Of a DNA stretch of 28,177 nt, positions 1-8,947 are shown piece after piece (the stretch's first letter is position 1; every line of letters starts with the position of its first letter). Under the pieces are notes generated by a model. The model saw only the letters and a list, made by a program, of their open reading frames with translations, was not told where the DNA came from and searched no databases. Position numbers and translations under genes: made by a program. The DNA is taken from positions 1 through 28,177 of the forward strand of contig JAUNMD010000002.1 of the NCBI GenBank assembly GCA_030531915.1, in the 5' to 3' direction. This stretch comes from Pseudomonadota bacterium (GTDB lineage: Bacteria; Pseudomonadota; Alphaproteobacteria; Rs-D84).

Positions 1-2
1 CC

Positions 3-380
3 GAAGATTATGGTTTCTTGGTTTCAATCGCGCGTGTGTATGAAATTCATAACTTGCAAACGGTGTTGTTGGATTATCGCTGGCACGATGCCAATGTGTC
101 GGTTGTGCATCACGCTGTCCAGCACGAGAGCAGTGAACGTGTTCGTCATGATATACTGGAATCTGTTTTAACAAGTGAAAAAGACGTACAAAAATTCTTG
201 GATTTGACACGTGAATTGCACCAGCATTTTTGGCTGTTTGGATTTTTGCCCGTTATTCGTCGCAAGCAATATTCGCTGGTCAAGACGAAGTATTATTTGT
301 TTGAAAAAATCCCATTGTTACGTGTCCAAGACGGAAAAATATATTTGTTTGAGTTTATAAAAATAGGAAACTTGCGATGA
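3..380 (+). CDS. Glycosyltransferase family 2 protein, C-terminal part (5'-truncated by window edge)
   Basis: Frame is open from base 3 and reads EDYGFLVSIARVYEIHNLQTVLLDYRWH, matching the GT2 'EDY...NL...L..YR.H' pattern. Stop overlaps the next GT start (ATGA). Confidence 0.7.
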   Translation, partial: EDYGFLVSIARVYEIHNLQTVLLDYRWHDANVSVVHHAVQHESSERVRHDILESVLTSEKDVQKFLDLTRELHQHFWLFGFLPVIRRKQYSLVKTKYYLFEKIPLLRVQDGKIYLFEFIKIGNLR

Positions 381-2299
381 ACCCAATAAATATTGCTTTT
401 TGCATCAATGACGGGTACACCCCACAACTGGCGGTCGTTCTGACATCAATCATGAAAAACACCACGCGCAATGTCGTGGCGTATGTTTTTTCATCTGATA
501 TGTCGGACGCGTCCAAACAGAAATTAAATAAACTGAAATTATTTTTCAAAAATCTGGCCATAAATTTTGTCGCCGTATCTGATGCAGAATTACGGGCGTT
601 GCCACGCACCATTGATTATATATCGGTTGAAACATATTACCGGTATTTAATCCCAGAATTGCTGCCAGAATTGGACAAGGTATTATACTTGGACGCCGAC
701 ATCGTCGTTCGTGGCGATATTGCACCGCTGTATGATTTTGATATGGCTGATTGTTATATCGCCGGTGCAAATGATTTGTGGGTTTATGATACAAAGTACA
801 AGGATAAAATCGGATTTGCCCAAAATGAATTATATGTAAATGCGGGCGTCTTGCTGATGAATTTGAAAAAAATGCGTGCCGAAAAAATGGCCCAGACATT
901 GATTCAGGAAACCACCAAATTGGCGGGCAAAATTCAGTACCAGGATCAAGATGTCTTGAACATCGTATGCCGTGGTCATGTCGCAGAATTTGACAGCATT
1001 TATAACTATACATCGCATAACATATATGATGAACAGGCGAAATTAAATTCGGCGGTAATCATTCACTATACGGGTGCAAAAAAGCCATGGCTGAAAGATA
1101 AACGCCACCCAATGAAGAAATTTTGGATTAAATATGCAAGGGAGTATGAAAAAATGGCACATAAAAAATTGCGCGTTGCATTATTGATTGATGAATTTTT
1201 TGGCGGGGCGGGCACGCAATTTGGCGGCTATGGAATGTTGGCACGAAATTATATTGCGAAATATATACCATGTGACGATATTAAAATGGACGTTTTATTG
1301 GGTGGGCGTGGTCACCGGTTTACGTCGCGCAAATACCATGTTGATAATGTCAATCTGTATCGGTTACCGCGCAAACATTGGGCATCGCGTTTATTCTTGC
1401 GTCGCAAAAACTATGATGTGTATGTGTCTATTGAATTGACCGACGATTGGGTTTTGCGTCATGAAACAAATAAAAACAAGAAACTGATTTTGTGGATTCA
1501 AGACCCACGTCCAAAATACGAATGGGACGAAATCGCCACAATGAAATTGATGCCTGAACCGAATTATTATAACCAGCGTATTTATGATACGGTGCACGGG
1601 TGGTATGAAAATGGTCGGGTGCGTTTTGTGTCCCAGGGTCATTTCTTGAATCAAAAGGCGGTTGATTTATACAATCTGGACAAAAATGTTCCAATTCAAT
1701 ATATGCCAAATCCCATAGAGGTCGACGCCGATTTTGATGTCAAAAATTATAAAAAGAAGAACATGGTTATCTTCCTTGGTCGATTGGAAGATGTTAAACG
1801 TGGTTGGCTGTTTTGTGAAACGGCGCGCCGTATGCCCGAATATGAATTTTGGGTCTTGGGCCGCATAAATACAAACAAGGCAGAAACTGCGAATTTCTGG
1901 AAACAATACCAAGATATTCCGAATTGGCATTTTGCGGGTCATGTTGATGGCGCACGCAAAACGCAATTCTTGCAGGACGCCAAAATATTGATGAACACAT
2001 CGATACACGAGGCATTACCCGTATCATTTTTAGAGGCCATGTCATACGGTTGTGCATTGGTCAGCAATCGCAACCCCGATGATTTAACATCAAAATTTGG
2101 TGTTTGGACGGGCGACGTGCTGGGCGATGGATTTGATAAAATAGATTTGTATGTGAATGCGGTTCGTGAATTGATGTCAAATGAACCCAAACGCAAAAAG
2201 TTGGGTCTGGCGGCACGTGAATATGTCCAGCAAATTCACAACATTCCAAAATTTATCAACGATATGCGTGATGTGATATATCAAGAGACCGGTAAATGA
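377..2299 (+). CDS. Bifunctional glycosyltransferase: N-terminal GT8 domain fused to C-terminal GT4-like (GT-B) domain
   Basis: GT8 motifs YLDADIVV (DxD), YVNAGVLLMNL, YQDQDVLN, IIHYTGAKKPW. GT-B motifs VIFLGRLEDVKRG and HEALPVSFLEAMSYG. Confidence 0.9.
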   Translation: MNPINIAFCINDGYTPQLAVVLTSIMKNTTRNVVAYVFSSDMSDASKQKLNKLKLFFKNLAINFVAVSDAELRALPRTIDYISVETYYRYLIPELLPELDKVLYLDADIVVRGDIAPLYDFDMADCYIAGANDLWVYDTKYKDKIGFAQNELYVNAGVLLMNLKKMRAEKMAQTLIQETTKLAGKIQYQDQDVLNIVCRGHVAEFDSIYNYTSHNIYDEQAKLNSAVIIHYTGAKKPWLKDKRHPMKKFWIKYAREYEKMAHKKLRVALLIDEFFGGAGTQFGGYGMLARNYIAKYIPCDDIKMDVLLGGRGHRFTSRKYHVDNVNLYRLPRKHWASRLFLRRKNYDVYVSIELTDDWVLRHETNKNKKLILWIQDPRPKYEWDEIATMKLMPEPNYYNQRIYDTVHGWYENGRVRFVSQGHFLNQKAVDLYNLDKNVPIQYMPNPIEVDADFDVKNYKKKNMVIFLGRLEDVKRGWLFCETARRMPEYEFWVLGRINTNKAETANFWKQYQDIPNWHFAGHVDGARKTQFLQDAKILMNTSIHEALPVSFLEAMSYGCALVSNRNPDDLTSKFGVWTGDVLGDGFDKIDLYVNAVRELMSNEPKRKKLGLAAREYVQQIHNIPKFINDMRDVIYQETGK

Positions 2300-3428
2300 A
2301 TAAAAGATTAGCAAAATTACTGACTTTTTATATCGTTCCAAAGCGGTTGCGTCATCGGATTCGTGGATATTTGTGTTCTGATAAATTTTCAGATTTGATT
2401 TCGTGCCCGCGTCAGGTAATGGCAATATTACGTTCCAAAACAGCACGTGCGGATTATTGTTTGATTGAAATGAATCCGTTTCACATAGAATGTTTGTATT
2501 CTGTGTATGCGTATATGTCGCGCAAAAATAAAAAATGCGCAATTTTCACAACGCAGAAAAATTTGAAATTAAATCTGTTCCCATCTGATATAGCAACGTT
2601 TTGTATTTCACCGTATACGATACGCGTGCTGGACAGGTTGAAATTTTTTAACACGGCATCTTGCGTATTTGTGGGCAGTTATTTTATTTGGAACTATCAA
2701 AAAACGGCGGAATTTTTCTTGGCCAATTATATACAGACCCAGAAACCGTTATTGACCATTGATCATGCACCCGATATGCATCAGCCGCTGCAATCAGTAT
2801 ATAAAAATGTTCATCAATTTGTGTTGGCGGACTTTATGTCAAAAATATACAAGATGCCTGTTATTTGGCCCATTGTATTCCCATGCGATAATTCAAACAT
2901 GACCAAGGACAAGAATAAATTTGTCTCGGTTGGTGTTATCGGTGATTCAAACCGTCGTGATATGGATACATGAACTGGCTGGGGACAAACCATGGTGTAA
3001 AATCCGATATAATCAGCGCAACAATATATGACGAATATCGCCCCATATTATCAAAACTGACAAATGTATGTGTATATGAACGCGCGCCGTTTGACCAGTT
3101 GTTCCGTTCGTGCCAGACGGCAACGTTTATTCCATTCCTGATACATGGCCAAACATTGGGTTATTATGACAAGGCGATAAGCGGGAACTTAAATCTGGCA
3201 TTGGCATTTGCGTTGATTCCAATCATTGATGCCCGATTGGCAAAACTGTATGGATTTTCAGATGATAACGCAATTCTGTACGATGGCCAATCTGATTGTG
3301 TTCGGGCATTGAATGCGGCCACGAAAATGTCAGATGCGGAAATATCGCAGAAACAAAATAACCTGCGGCGTTTGCAGGCACGTCATATAAAATCCAGTAT
3401 CGCGGAAATATCAAAATATCTGGATTAA
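2296..3428 (+). pseudogene. Probable GT-B-fold glycosyltransferase-like gene split into ORFs 2296-2973 and 2970-3428 (frameshift, or a genuine two-gene pair)
   Basis: ORF1 ends just after FVSVGVIGDSNRRD, which looks like the first strand of a GT-B C-terminal domain. ORF2 continues with plausible C-domain sequence. One extra base at ACATGA would give a ~377-aa protein. Lies in the GT cluster. Confidence 0.45.
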
Positions 3429-3431
3429 ACA

Positions 3432-3459
3432 AGTTGGGGGGGGCACGCCCCCCATTTTT
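3432..3459. terminator. Intrinsic terminator between convergent genes
   Basis: G-run / CACG / CCCCCA hairpin followed by TTTTT, between stops at 3428 (+) and 3458 (-). Confidence 0.6.
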
Positions 3460-3961
3460 AATAAAAAATTCTGAAAACATAACGCCAGCATGCCAGATTC
3501 AAGAAAGCATATTCATTGCTGCCGTCTTTCTTTAATGCGGCAATGGTCGATGTACCAGTGGTTGTTTCGATTGTATTTTCGGTCAAAGTGACGCCGTGCG
3601 ATATCGGAAATGCCAAATTTCCATTTTGACCAGATGGTGTCCAATTAGAGCAATATTCGCCCACAGAATACCCCGCATCATCGGACACGCATTTTAATAA
3701 AACGTCACCCCATGAATGCAGTGGGTTCAGCCCCAGATTATGTGTGGCAATGGTTCTGGTTGCGCTGGTTGGTTGAAATTCTGGGCTGATCCAAACCTTG
3801 AACGCCGCGTCTGCGCGTGCCAGCATTATGCCACCGGCGGTCACGCCGTCGTGCACGCGCAGGGTTTTGTTGGTTGTATCAACGGTAATTTCACCATCTG
3901 CACCGGTAAAGTTTTTATGCTCGTCGGCTGTTCCCCGACGAAACTGAATTTGTCTGGACAT
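3458..3961 (-). CDS. Mtd_N (major tropism determinant N-terminal) domain protein, tail-fibre/adhesin-like, 167 aa
   Basis: Start re-called at ATG 3961 after AAAGGA SD. N-terminus QIQFRRGTADEHKNFTGADGEITVDTTNKTLRVHDGVTAGGIMLAR closely resembles the Bordetella phage Mtd N-terminus as I recall it. Confidence 0.8.
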   Translation of the reverse strand: MSRQIQFRRGTADEHKNFTGADGEITVDTTNKTLRVHDGVTAGGIMLARADAAFKVWISPEFQPTSATRTIATHNLGLNPLHSWGDVLLKCVSDDAGYSVGEYCSNWTPSGQNGNLAFPISHGVTLTENTIETTTGTSTIAALKKDGSNEYAFLNLACWRYVFRIFY

Positions 3962-4092
3962 GTTTTTTCCTTTGATTGATTTTGTGAAATTGAATAAAAA
4001 AAGACCGATGCGGTCATGCATCGGCGAATGTGCATATTATATCACAAAACGCGTAAAAAATCAATGTGATAATAAATTCCCACCGCATATTC

Positions 4093-4121
4093 TGGACGGT
4101 GGGGCAAAAATTTGATATAAT
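4093..4121 (+). promoter_or_regulatory. Sigma70-type promoter of ldh
   Basis: TGGACG - 17 bp - TATAAT, with TG extension, ~30 nt upstream of ATG 4153. Confidence 0.6.
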
Positions 4122-4152
4122 CAGACCGACCAAAAAAATAGAGAGGGAACAC

Positions 4153-5088
4153 ATGAAAATTGCAATTATTGGTATTGGTACGGTTGGTTCGGCCGTTGCA
4201 ACCGCGGTTAAAAATACGGGCTTTGTACACGAAATAGTATTGTTTGATCGTGACGCAATTCGCGCACGTGCCGCCGCCGAAGATTTGGGCCACGCCGCCA
4301 GCTTTGGTTTTGACGTTAAAATTTCCGCGGTCAGTAATTATCGCGGCATTCGCGGTTCTGACATTGTGATTATTTCTGCGGGTGCAAACCAGAAACCCGG
4401 CGAAACGCGCACAGATTTGTTGAATAAGAATGTTGCGGTTATATCGGACATTGTCCCACGTGTTATGGCAAATGTTGACCCAAAGCATGTTCGCATTATC
4501 GTTGTGACAAATCCGTTGGACGTGATGGTTATGCTGACCCAGAAATTGTCAAAGTTGCCGGCGTCCCGCGTAATCGGTACGGGAACTATGTTGGATTCCG
4601 CGCGCCTGCGCACAATTTTATCACGTCAACTGTCGGTGTCGACCCAGTCCATCAATGCATACGTTTTGGGCGAACATGGTGATTCCAGTATGGTAAACTG
4701 GACATCTGCCACGATTGGTGCGGTTGCGCTGGACGATTTCTGTCGCCAGATGAAAACGCCATTGCCCGCAACAACGCGTGCAACGATTGAACATCGCGTG
4801 CGTAATGCGGCATATGAAATCATTCAGGGCCGTGGTGCAACATGGGACGGTATTGGTGCGGCGGCGGCGGACTTGCTGCGTTGCATCATCAATAATGAAC
4901 ATCGTATCTTGACCGTCAGTTGCGTAAACGGCGCGGGTGCGAATATGGTCGCAATGTCTTTGCCACGCGTGGTTGGTGCGGACGGTGCATCTGCCCCGAT
5001 TATGCCGAAAATGTCGGCATCTGAATCTGCGGCATTGCGCAAGTGTGCAAAAATAATTCGCAAGAATTACGATTCGATTGGTAAATAA
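4153..5088 (+). CDS. ldh: L-lactate dehydrogenase
   Basis: Start re-called at 4153 (GAGGG SD). Motifs GIGTVG, GANQKPGETR (Gln at the specificity position, LDH rather than MDH), VTNPLD, GTMLDSAR, LGEHGDS. Confidence 0.9.
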   Translation: MKIAIIGIGTVGSAVATAVKNTGFVHEIVLFDRDAIRARAAAEDLGHAASFGFDVKISAVSNYRGIRGSDIVIISAGANQKPGETRTDLLNKNVAVISDIVPRVMANVDPKHVRIIVVTNPLDVMVMLTQKLSKLPASRVIGTGTMLDSARLRTILSRQLSVSTQSINAYVLGEHGDSSMVNWTSATIGAVALDDFCRQMKTPLPATTRATIEHRVRNAAYEIIQGRGATWDGIGAAAADLLRCIINNEHRILTVSCVNGAGANMVAMSLPRVVGADGASAPIMPKMSASESAALRKCAKIIRKNYDSIGK

Positions 5089-5191
5089 TCACACGCGGAC
5101 ATGCAATGCGTCCGCGGCGTTTATGGATTCAATCATATTTAATATCATCGCCCCCATTGGTATAATTTGCATACAGATGGGGGATTTTTAT

Positions 5192-5497
5192 ATGCCTGAT
5201 AACATTACATATACGCTGTATTCAAATGGTTTGGGTTTCAGTGCCGACGTGCTGGGCCGGCATATTGGTGAAATCACATTCTTTCGCGTTGGAATTGATA
5301 AATTTGTTATCGACCACACCGCGGTTGTGCCCGAATATCGCAATGCCCAGGTTGGACGAAATTTGGTGCGTCAGGTATGCAATCTGGCGCGCCAACAACA
5401 TCGCAAGATTATACCCCTGTGCCCCTTTGCACGCGCGATGTTTGGTCGATACGCGGAATTTGATGATGTGCGTTTAATGAATCACAGCCAGTTGTAA
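5192..5497 (+). CDS. Small GNAT family N-acetyltransferase (YjdJ-like)
   Basis: Start re-called at 5192. Motifs IDHTAVVPEYRNAQVGRNLV and KIIPLCPFA are typical of this family. Confidence 0.85.
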   Translation: MPDNITYTLYSNGLGFSADVLGRHIGEITFFRVGIDKFVIDHTAVVPEYRNAQVGRNLVRQVCNLARQQHRKIIPLCPFARAMFGRYAEFDDVRLMNHSQL

Positions 5498-5520
5498 TTC
5501 AGATATTTTGAAAAAATGTC

Positions 5521-5549
5521 TTGCGCCACTTGCATGGTCTTTCTATAAT
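5521..5549 (+). promoter_or_regulatory. Sigma70-type promoter
   Basis: TTGCGC - 17 bp - TATAAT, followed by AAGGAG SD and ATG 5572. Confidence 0.65.
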
Positions 5550-5571
5550 CACGGCAGGAAAAGGAGAAAAA

Positions 5572-6153
5572 ATGAAAAAATTATCTATTTTGTCGGCTGT
5601 ATTGGGTATGGCTGCGTTCGGTGCGGCGTCTGCTGCGGATATCGCGATTTATCATTCCCCAACATGCCCACACTGCCATCACGCACGTGAATTTATAGAG
5701 GGCCAGTTGGTCTATGAATACCCAACCGTTTCGGTCAACGAAATCAACGTTATGGTTCCTGAAAATGTTGAAAAATTCCAAGATGCATTGGCAAAATGCG
5801 AATATGATTCTGGTGGTGTACCTGTAATCGTTATTGGTGAAAAATGCTTCCAAGGTTATGCGGATTTCATGCAACAGGATTTGCGTGACGCGGTCGAAGC
5901 AGATATGAGCGATGCTGACAAGGCAACCGCCGCCGAAAACCGCAAGGCATATGAACAAGACGCCGAAGGGTTCAAGGCCGCACATGCCGATCGTGCAAAT
6001 GCGATTTCTGAATATAACGCTACCACGGCTGCATCTGACGAAACTGCGCAAAAAAAAAGTGATGTAAAGCACGGCACAACAGCATACTTCTATGGTTTGC
6101 TGATTGTACTGGTTGCGGCATTGGGATTTGTTCTGGTTCGCAAGAAAAAATAA
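5572..6153 (+). CDS. Exported glutaredoxin/thioredoxin-fold protein (CPHC) with C-terminal membrane anchor
   Basis: Signal peptide MKKLSILSAV...AASA, YHSPTCPHC, GGVPVIVIG, terminal hydrophobic helix + RKKK. Confidence 0.8.
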   Translation: MKKLSILSAVLGMAAFGAASAADIAIYHSPTCPHCHHAREFIEGQLVYEYPTVSVNEINVMVPENVEKFQDALAKCEYDSGGVPVIVIGEKCFQGYADFMQQDLRDAVEADMSDADKATAAENRKAYEQDAEGFKAAHADRANAISEYNATTAASDETAQKKSDVKHGTTAYFYGLLIVLVAALGFVLVRKKK

Positions 6154-6191
6154 TCGCGTCACGCAAGTAACAGAATCGCTGGGGACACCGT

Positions 6192-6941
6192 ATGTTTGAT
6201 TTAACAACGCTTGACTATATCTATGTGGGTGTTTTATTGGCATCCACTGTTTGGGCAACAATCCGTGGTGGGGTTTACGAAACAATCGCAACCCTGTCGT
6301 GGGTTGCGGCGGCGGTGTCTGCGCGATTTGCGTCTCCATTGTTGGATTCGCTGTTGCAACGTTGGTTTGACCTGACGGATTCGACGGTCGGAACATTGGT
6401 TGCATCATACTTTATCGTGTTCTTTGCAATTTTGTTGTTGGTTGGTTTCTTTAACCAGAAATTGCGCGACAAAATTCAGGCCAGCATGATAAAGGTTACC
6501 GATCACACACTGGGCGTAATATTTGGTATTGTGCGCGGTATATTCGTTATGGGCGTCGTGTATTGGATTATGCTGTGGTATTATTCCGATGCACCACAAA
6601 TGCCCCAGTGGATTGCCGATGCGCGCACGCGTCCGGTTATGCAGTTGACGGCGGTAAAATTGGACGAATGGTTCGTGCCTGGGGCTGAAAACAAGTTGCT
6701 GGCGCGCGATATGGCGGGTTCTCGTGAATCGATTGAAATCTATAATAATTTGATAAATCCGGCGGTGTCTGATTCAAAACAGAAAGCAAGCGACGGCACA
6801 AAAACAGAAAATGCCGCGGCCCCTGAAACAGGGTATAAATCGTCTGAACGCACCGCATTGGAAAATCAGTTATTACAGATTGAAACCGCCGCCCGTGCCG
6901 AAGAGGCACGCGATGCCACCCCCGACATTGATGCAGAATAG
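6192..6941 (+). CDS. cvpA: CvpA family membrane protein with C-terminal extension
   Basis: LDYIYVGVLL...IRGGVYE..., DHTLGVIFGIVRG, four hydrophobic segments. Confidence 0.8.
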   Translation: MFDLTTLDYIYVGVLLASTVWATIRGGVYETIATLSWVAAAVSARFASPLLDSLLQRWFDLTDSTVGTLVASYFIVFFAILLLVGFFNQKLRDKIQASMIKVTDHTLGVIFGIVRGIFVMGVVYWIMLWYYSDAPQMPQWIADARTRPVMQLTAVKLDEWFVPGAENKLLARDMAGSRESIEIYNNLINPAVSDSKQKASDGTKTENAAAPETGYKSSERTALENQLLQIETAARAEEARDATPDIDAE

Positions 6942-6962
6942 GGCGCAAATAAAAATTCATTC

Positions 6963-6990
6963 ACCGCACAATTCGTGCGGTGTTTTTTTA
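6963..6990 (+). terminator. Intrinsic terminator
   Basis: CACCGCAC-AATTC-GTGCGGTG followed by a T7 tract. Confidence 0.75.
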
Positions 6991-7061
6991 TGAAATCGTT
7001 CCCGATGACATTACGCGCCCGATATGAAAAAATAGTGGTACATAACCAATGGGGGCGCAGA

Positions 7062-7583
7062 ATGTTTCTCAGATTAAAAATTTGCACAACTGTATTATTC
7101 CTGTATGAAATCATTGCGGTGATATTGCTGCATTTACCGAACACGTGCGCAACACTGTTTGGATTGCCGTTTTGTTCAGACGCGGTGTATAAATACTTTA
7201 TCGTATGTGCCGCCGTGCCAATGATTGCATTTCTGATTGCAATGTGGATTCGTCAAATTGTTGTTGCGCATCGCCGGCGTCATTCGGTGTTGCGTCGGGC
7301 GCGTGGCGCGGTGCGCGCAATCGCCGAAAATGTGCGTGACCACGTCGCGGGTCACATCAGTCAACCAGATATGGAAAAAATGATTGCGGCGGCGTTACTG
7401 ATGGGTGTCAAACGCTATGCGCGCCGTCACGGAAATATTCGCCGCTGGTTGGACGAAATCAATAACCCGAATTATTATGCCGATGCGTCCGATTTTGACG
7501 ATGCAGAATATGATGATGACGAATATGACGAAGAATCACGCCCCACATCGCGCCGTAATTATCGCCCGCATCACGACAGATAA
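7062..7583 (+). CDS. Hypothetical membrane protein (2 TM) with acidic C-terminal tail
   Basis: Start placed at ATG 7062 because the longer ORF start runs through the upstream terminator. Two hydrophobic helices; tail DASDFDDAEYDDDEYDEES. Confidence 0.6.
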   Translation: MFLRLKICTTVLFLYEIIAVILLHLPNTCATLFGLPFCSDAVYKYFIVCAAVPMIAFLIAMWIRQIVVAHRRRHSVLRRARGAVRAIAENVRDHVAGHISQPDMEKMIAAALLMGVKRYARRHGNIRRWLDEINNPNYYADASDFDDAEYDDDEYDEESRPTSRRNYRPHHDR

Positions 7584-7604
7584 TCGCATTTCCTTGGTAT
7601 CCGG

Positions 7605-7630
7605 TATGCCCCCACGCGGGGCATATTTTG
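7605..7630 (+). terminator. Intrinsic terminator
   Basis: TATGCCCC-CACGC-GGGGCATA then TTTT. Confidence 0.7.
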
Positions 7631-7684
7631 TTGTGGAAAAAAATATTTGTCAATATATAATAGACGTGACAAAAGGAAATTAAA

Positions 7685-8725
7685 TTGGCACAGCAGTGTA
7701 TTTTTTGTGGTAAAAAGCCGGAAAATAAAAACAAAGAACACGTTATCCCCCAGTGGCTGAGTAAACTGGTGGGCAGTTATGATCGTATCTGTAATTTTGG
7801 CGTATTGACCGAAAAACAGATTACGTTTGGCAAACTGACATTTCCGGCGTGCACCGCGTGTAATACCAAATTTGGGGAATTAGAGGCCGCCGCCAAAATC
7901 GTCTTGGAAAAAGTAATGGCGGGTCACGCCATCACCGCCACCGAAATCAACACGTTATTGGATTGGTTTGACAAGGTTCGTGTTGGCCTGTGGTTGGGGC
8001 AATTGATGTTGGTGGATGAAAAGCGCGACATTGAACCCCAATTCCATATTGCCGACCGTATTGGCACAAAAGATCGCATGTTGATTGTTGAACGCGCGGC
8101 CCAGCCCGTGGCGCGACTGGGGTTTTCCGGCACAAACACCGAAACATTTATGACATGCCCCAGTGCGTTTCAACTGTGCATCGGCGATTACCTGTTTACA
8201 AATGCATCTGAAATGGGATTGGTGGCAAACCGTTTGGGATACCCACAAATATCAAAAATCAGAAAGGGGGCGGAAACAACCTGTGATATCGCCCCAGGGC
8301 GTGGCAAGCCCAAACACCCAGTGGTGGCATCATTACAGGCATCGCCATATCGCACACTGATTTATCAACCAATGTTCAAATGTTTTGCGCCCGTAACACG
8401 TGCGGAATATTACAATGTGCCATACGTTTTGTCACATTCGTTGGACATGGAAAACGGTGTTGGCGGCGTGTTTTACCAGCGTGGCGATAACACGGTCAGA
8501 TATCTGGGCGCGAATGATAAAATAAATATTGTCCCGCGCCAGTCCCCTGAAAACGTATCACTGTATCAAATGACGGCCAAGGTATACGATTTGCAACACA
8601 CGGTTTTGAACCTGTCTGATTACGCCGGCCGCACAGAATATTTCAAATCAGTTGCAGATTCATTAAAACACGAAACAGAAATTTATAAAAACCTGATACA
8701 CAAACTGGACAAACACCAACGTTAA
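7685..8725 (+). CDS. HNH-like zinc-binding hypothetical protein
   Basis: TTG start after AAAGGA. CIFCG...KEHVIPQW...CTACN pattern of HNH/treble-clef proteins. Confidence 0.6.
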   Translation: MAQQCIFCGKKPENKNKEHVIPQWLSKLVGSYDRICNFGVLTEKQITFGKLTFPACTACNTKFGELEAAAKIVLEKVMAGHAITATEINTLLDWFDKVRVGLWLGQLMLVDEKRDIEPQFHIADRIGTKDRMLIVERAAQPVARLGFSGTNTETFMTCPSAFQLCIGDYLFTNASEMGLVANRLGYPQISKIRKGAETTCDIAPGRGKPKHPVVASLQASPYRTLIYQPMFKCFAPVTRAEYYNVPYVLSHSLDMENGVGGVFYQRGDNTVRYLGANDKINIVPRQSPENVSLYQMTAKVYDLQHTVLNLSDYAGRTEYFKSVADSLKHETEIYKNLIHKLDKHQR

Positions 8726-8739
8726 ACACGCAAACAAAA

Positions 8740-8760
8740 AACCGCGGGTAACCGCGGTAA
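8740..8760. terminator. Terminator hairpin between the HNH-like gene and tRNA-Thr
   Basis: ACCGCGG-GTAA-CCGCGGT preceded by an A-run (U-tract on the minus strand). Confidence 0.65.
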
Positions 8761-8763
8761 TTC

Positions 8764-8839
8764 TGGTGCCAGTTGTCGGACTTGAACCAACGACCCTCTG
8801 ATTACAAATCAGATGCTCTACCAGCTGAGCTAAACTGGC
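8764..8839 (-). tRNA. tRNA-Thr (anticodon TGT)
   Basis: Minus strand GCCAGTTTAGCTCAGCTGGTAGAGCATCTGATTTGTAATCAGAGGGTCGTTGGTTCAAGTCCGACAACTGGCACCA: 76 nt, loop TT-TGT-AA, GGTTCAA T-loop, encoded CCA. Confidence 0.97.
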
Positions 8840-8849
8840 AACGGGCTTT

Positions 8850-8878
8850 ACTATACATGGTTCAGAAAATAATTTCAA
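8850..8878 (-). promoter_or_regulatory. tRNA-Thr promoter
   Basis: Minus strand TTGAAA - 17 bp - TATAGT, 10 nt upstream of the tRNA. Confidence 0.65.
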
Positions 8879-8947
8879 GTGTAAAAATCATAAATTGCTT
8901 GATTTTATGCAATAACCGTAAAAAATATACGTCAAAGGGCACAGATT

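Noticed and set aside
3458-3961. Diversity-generating retroelement suggested by Mtd_N
   Set aside because: No reverse transcriptase, Avd or TR/VR duplicate differing at adenines seen in the window.
4153-5088. Malate dehydrogenase annotation
   Set aside because: Substrate loop GANQKPG has Gln rather than Arg.
6050-6058. A9 tract in the redoxin gene as a phase-variation site
   Set aside because: Encodes Lys-Lys near the C-terminus, the frame is intact, and A-runs are common here.
5581-6408. 275-aa minus-strand ORF and the many other short overlapping ORFs in the track
   Set aside because: Shadow frames of well-supported genes, without SD or motifs.
8764-8790. tRNA-Thr 3' end as an attB/attL site
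   Set aside because: No duplicate of the tRNA 3' end or integrase noticed in the window.
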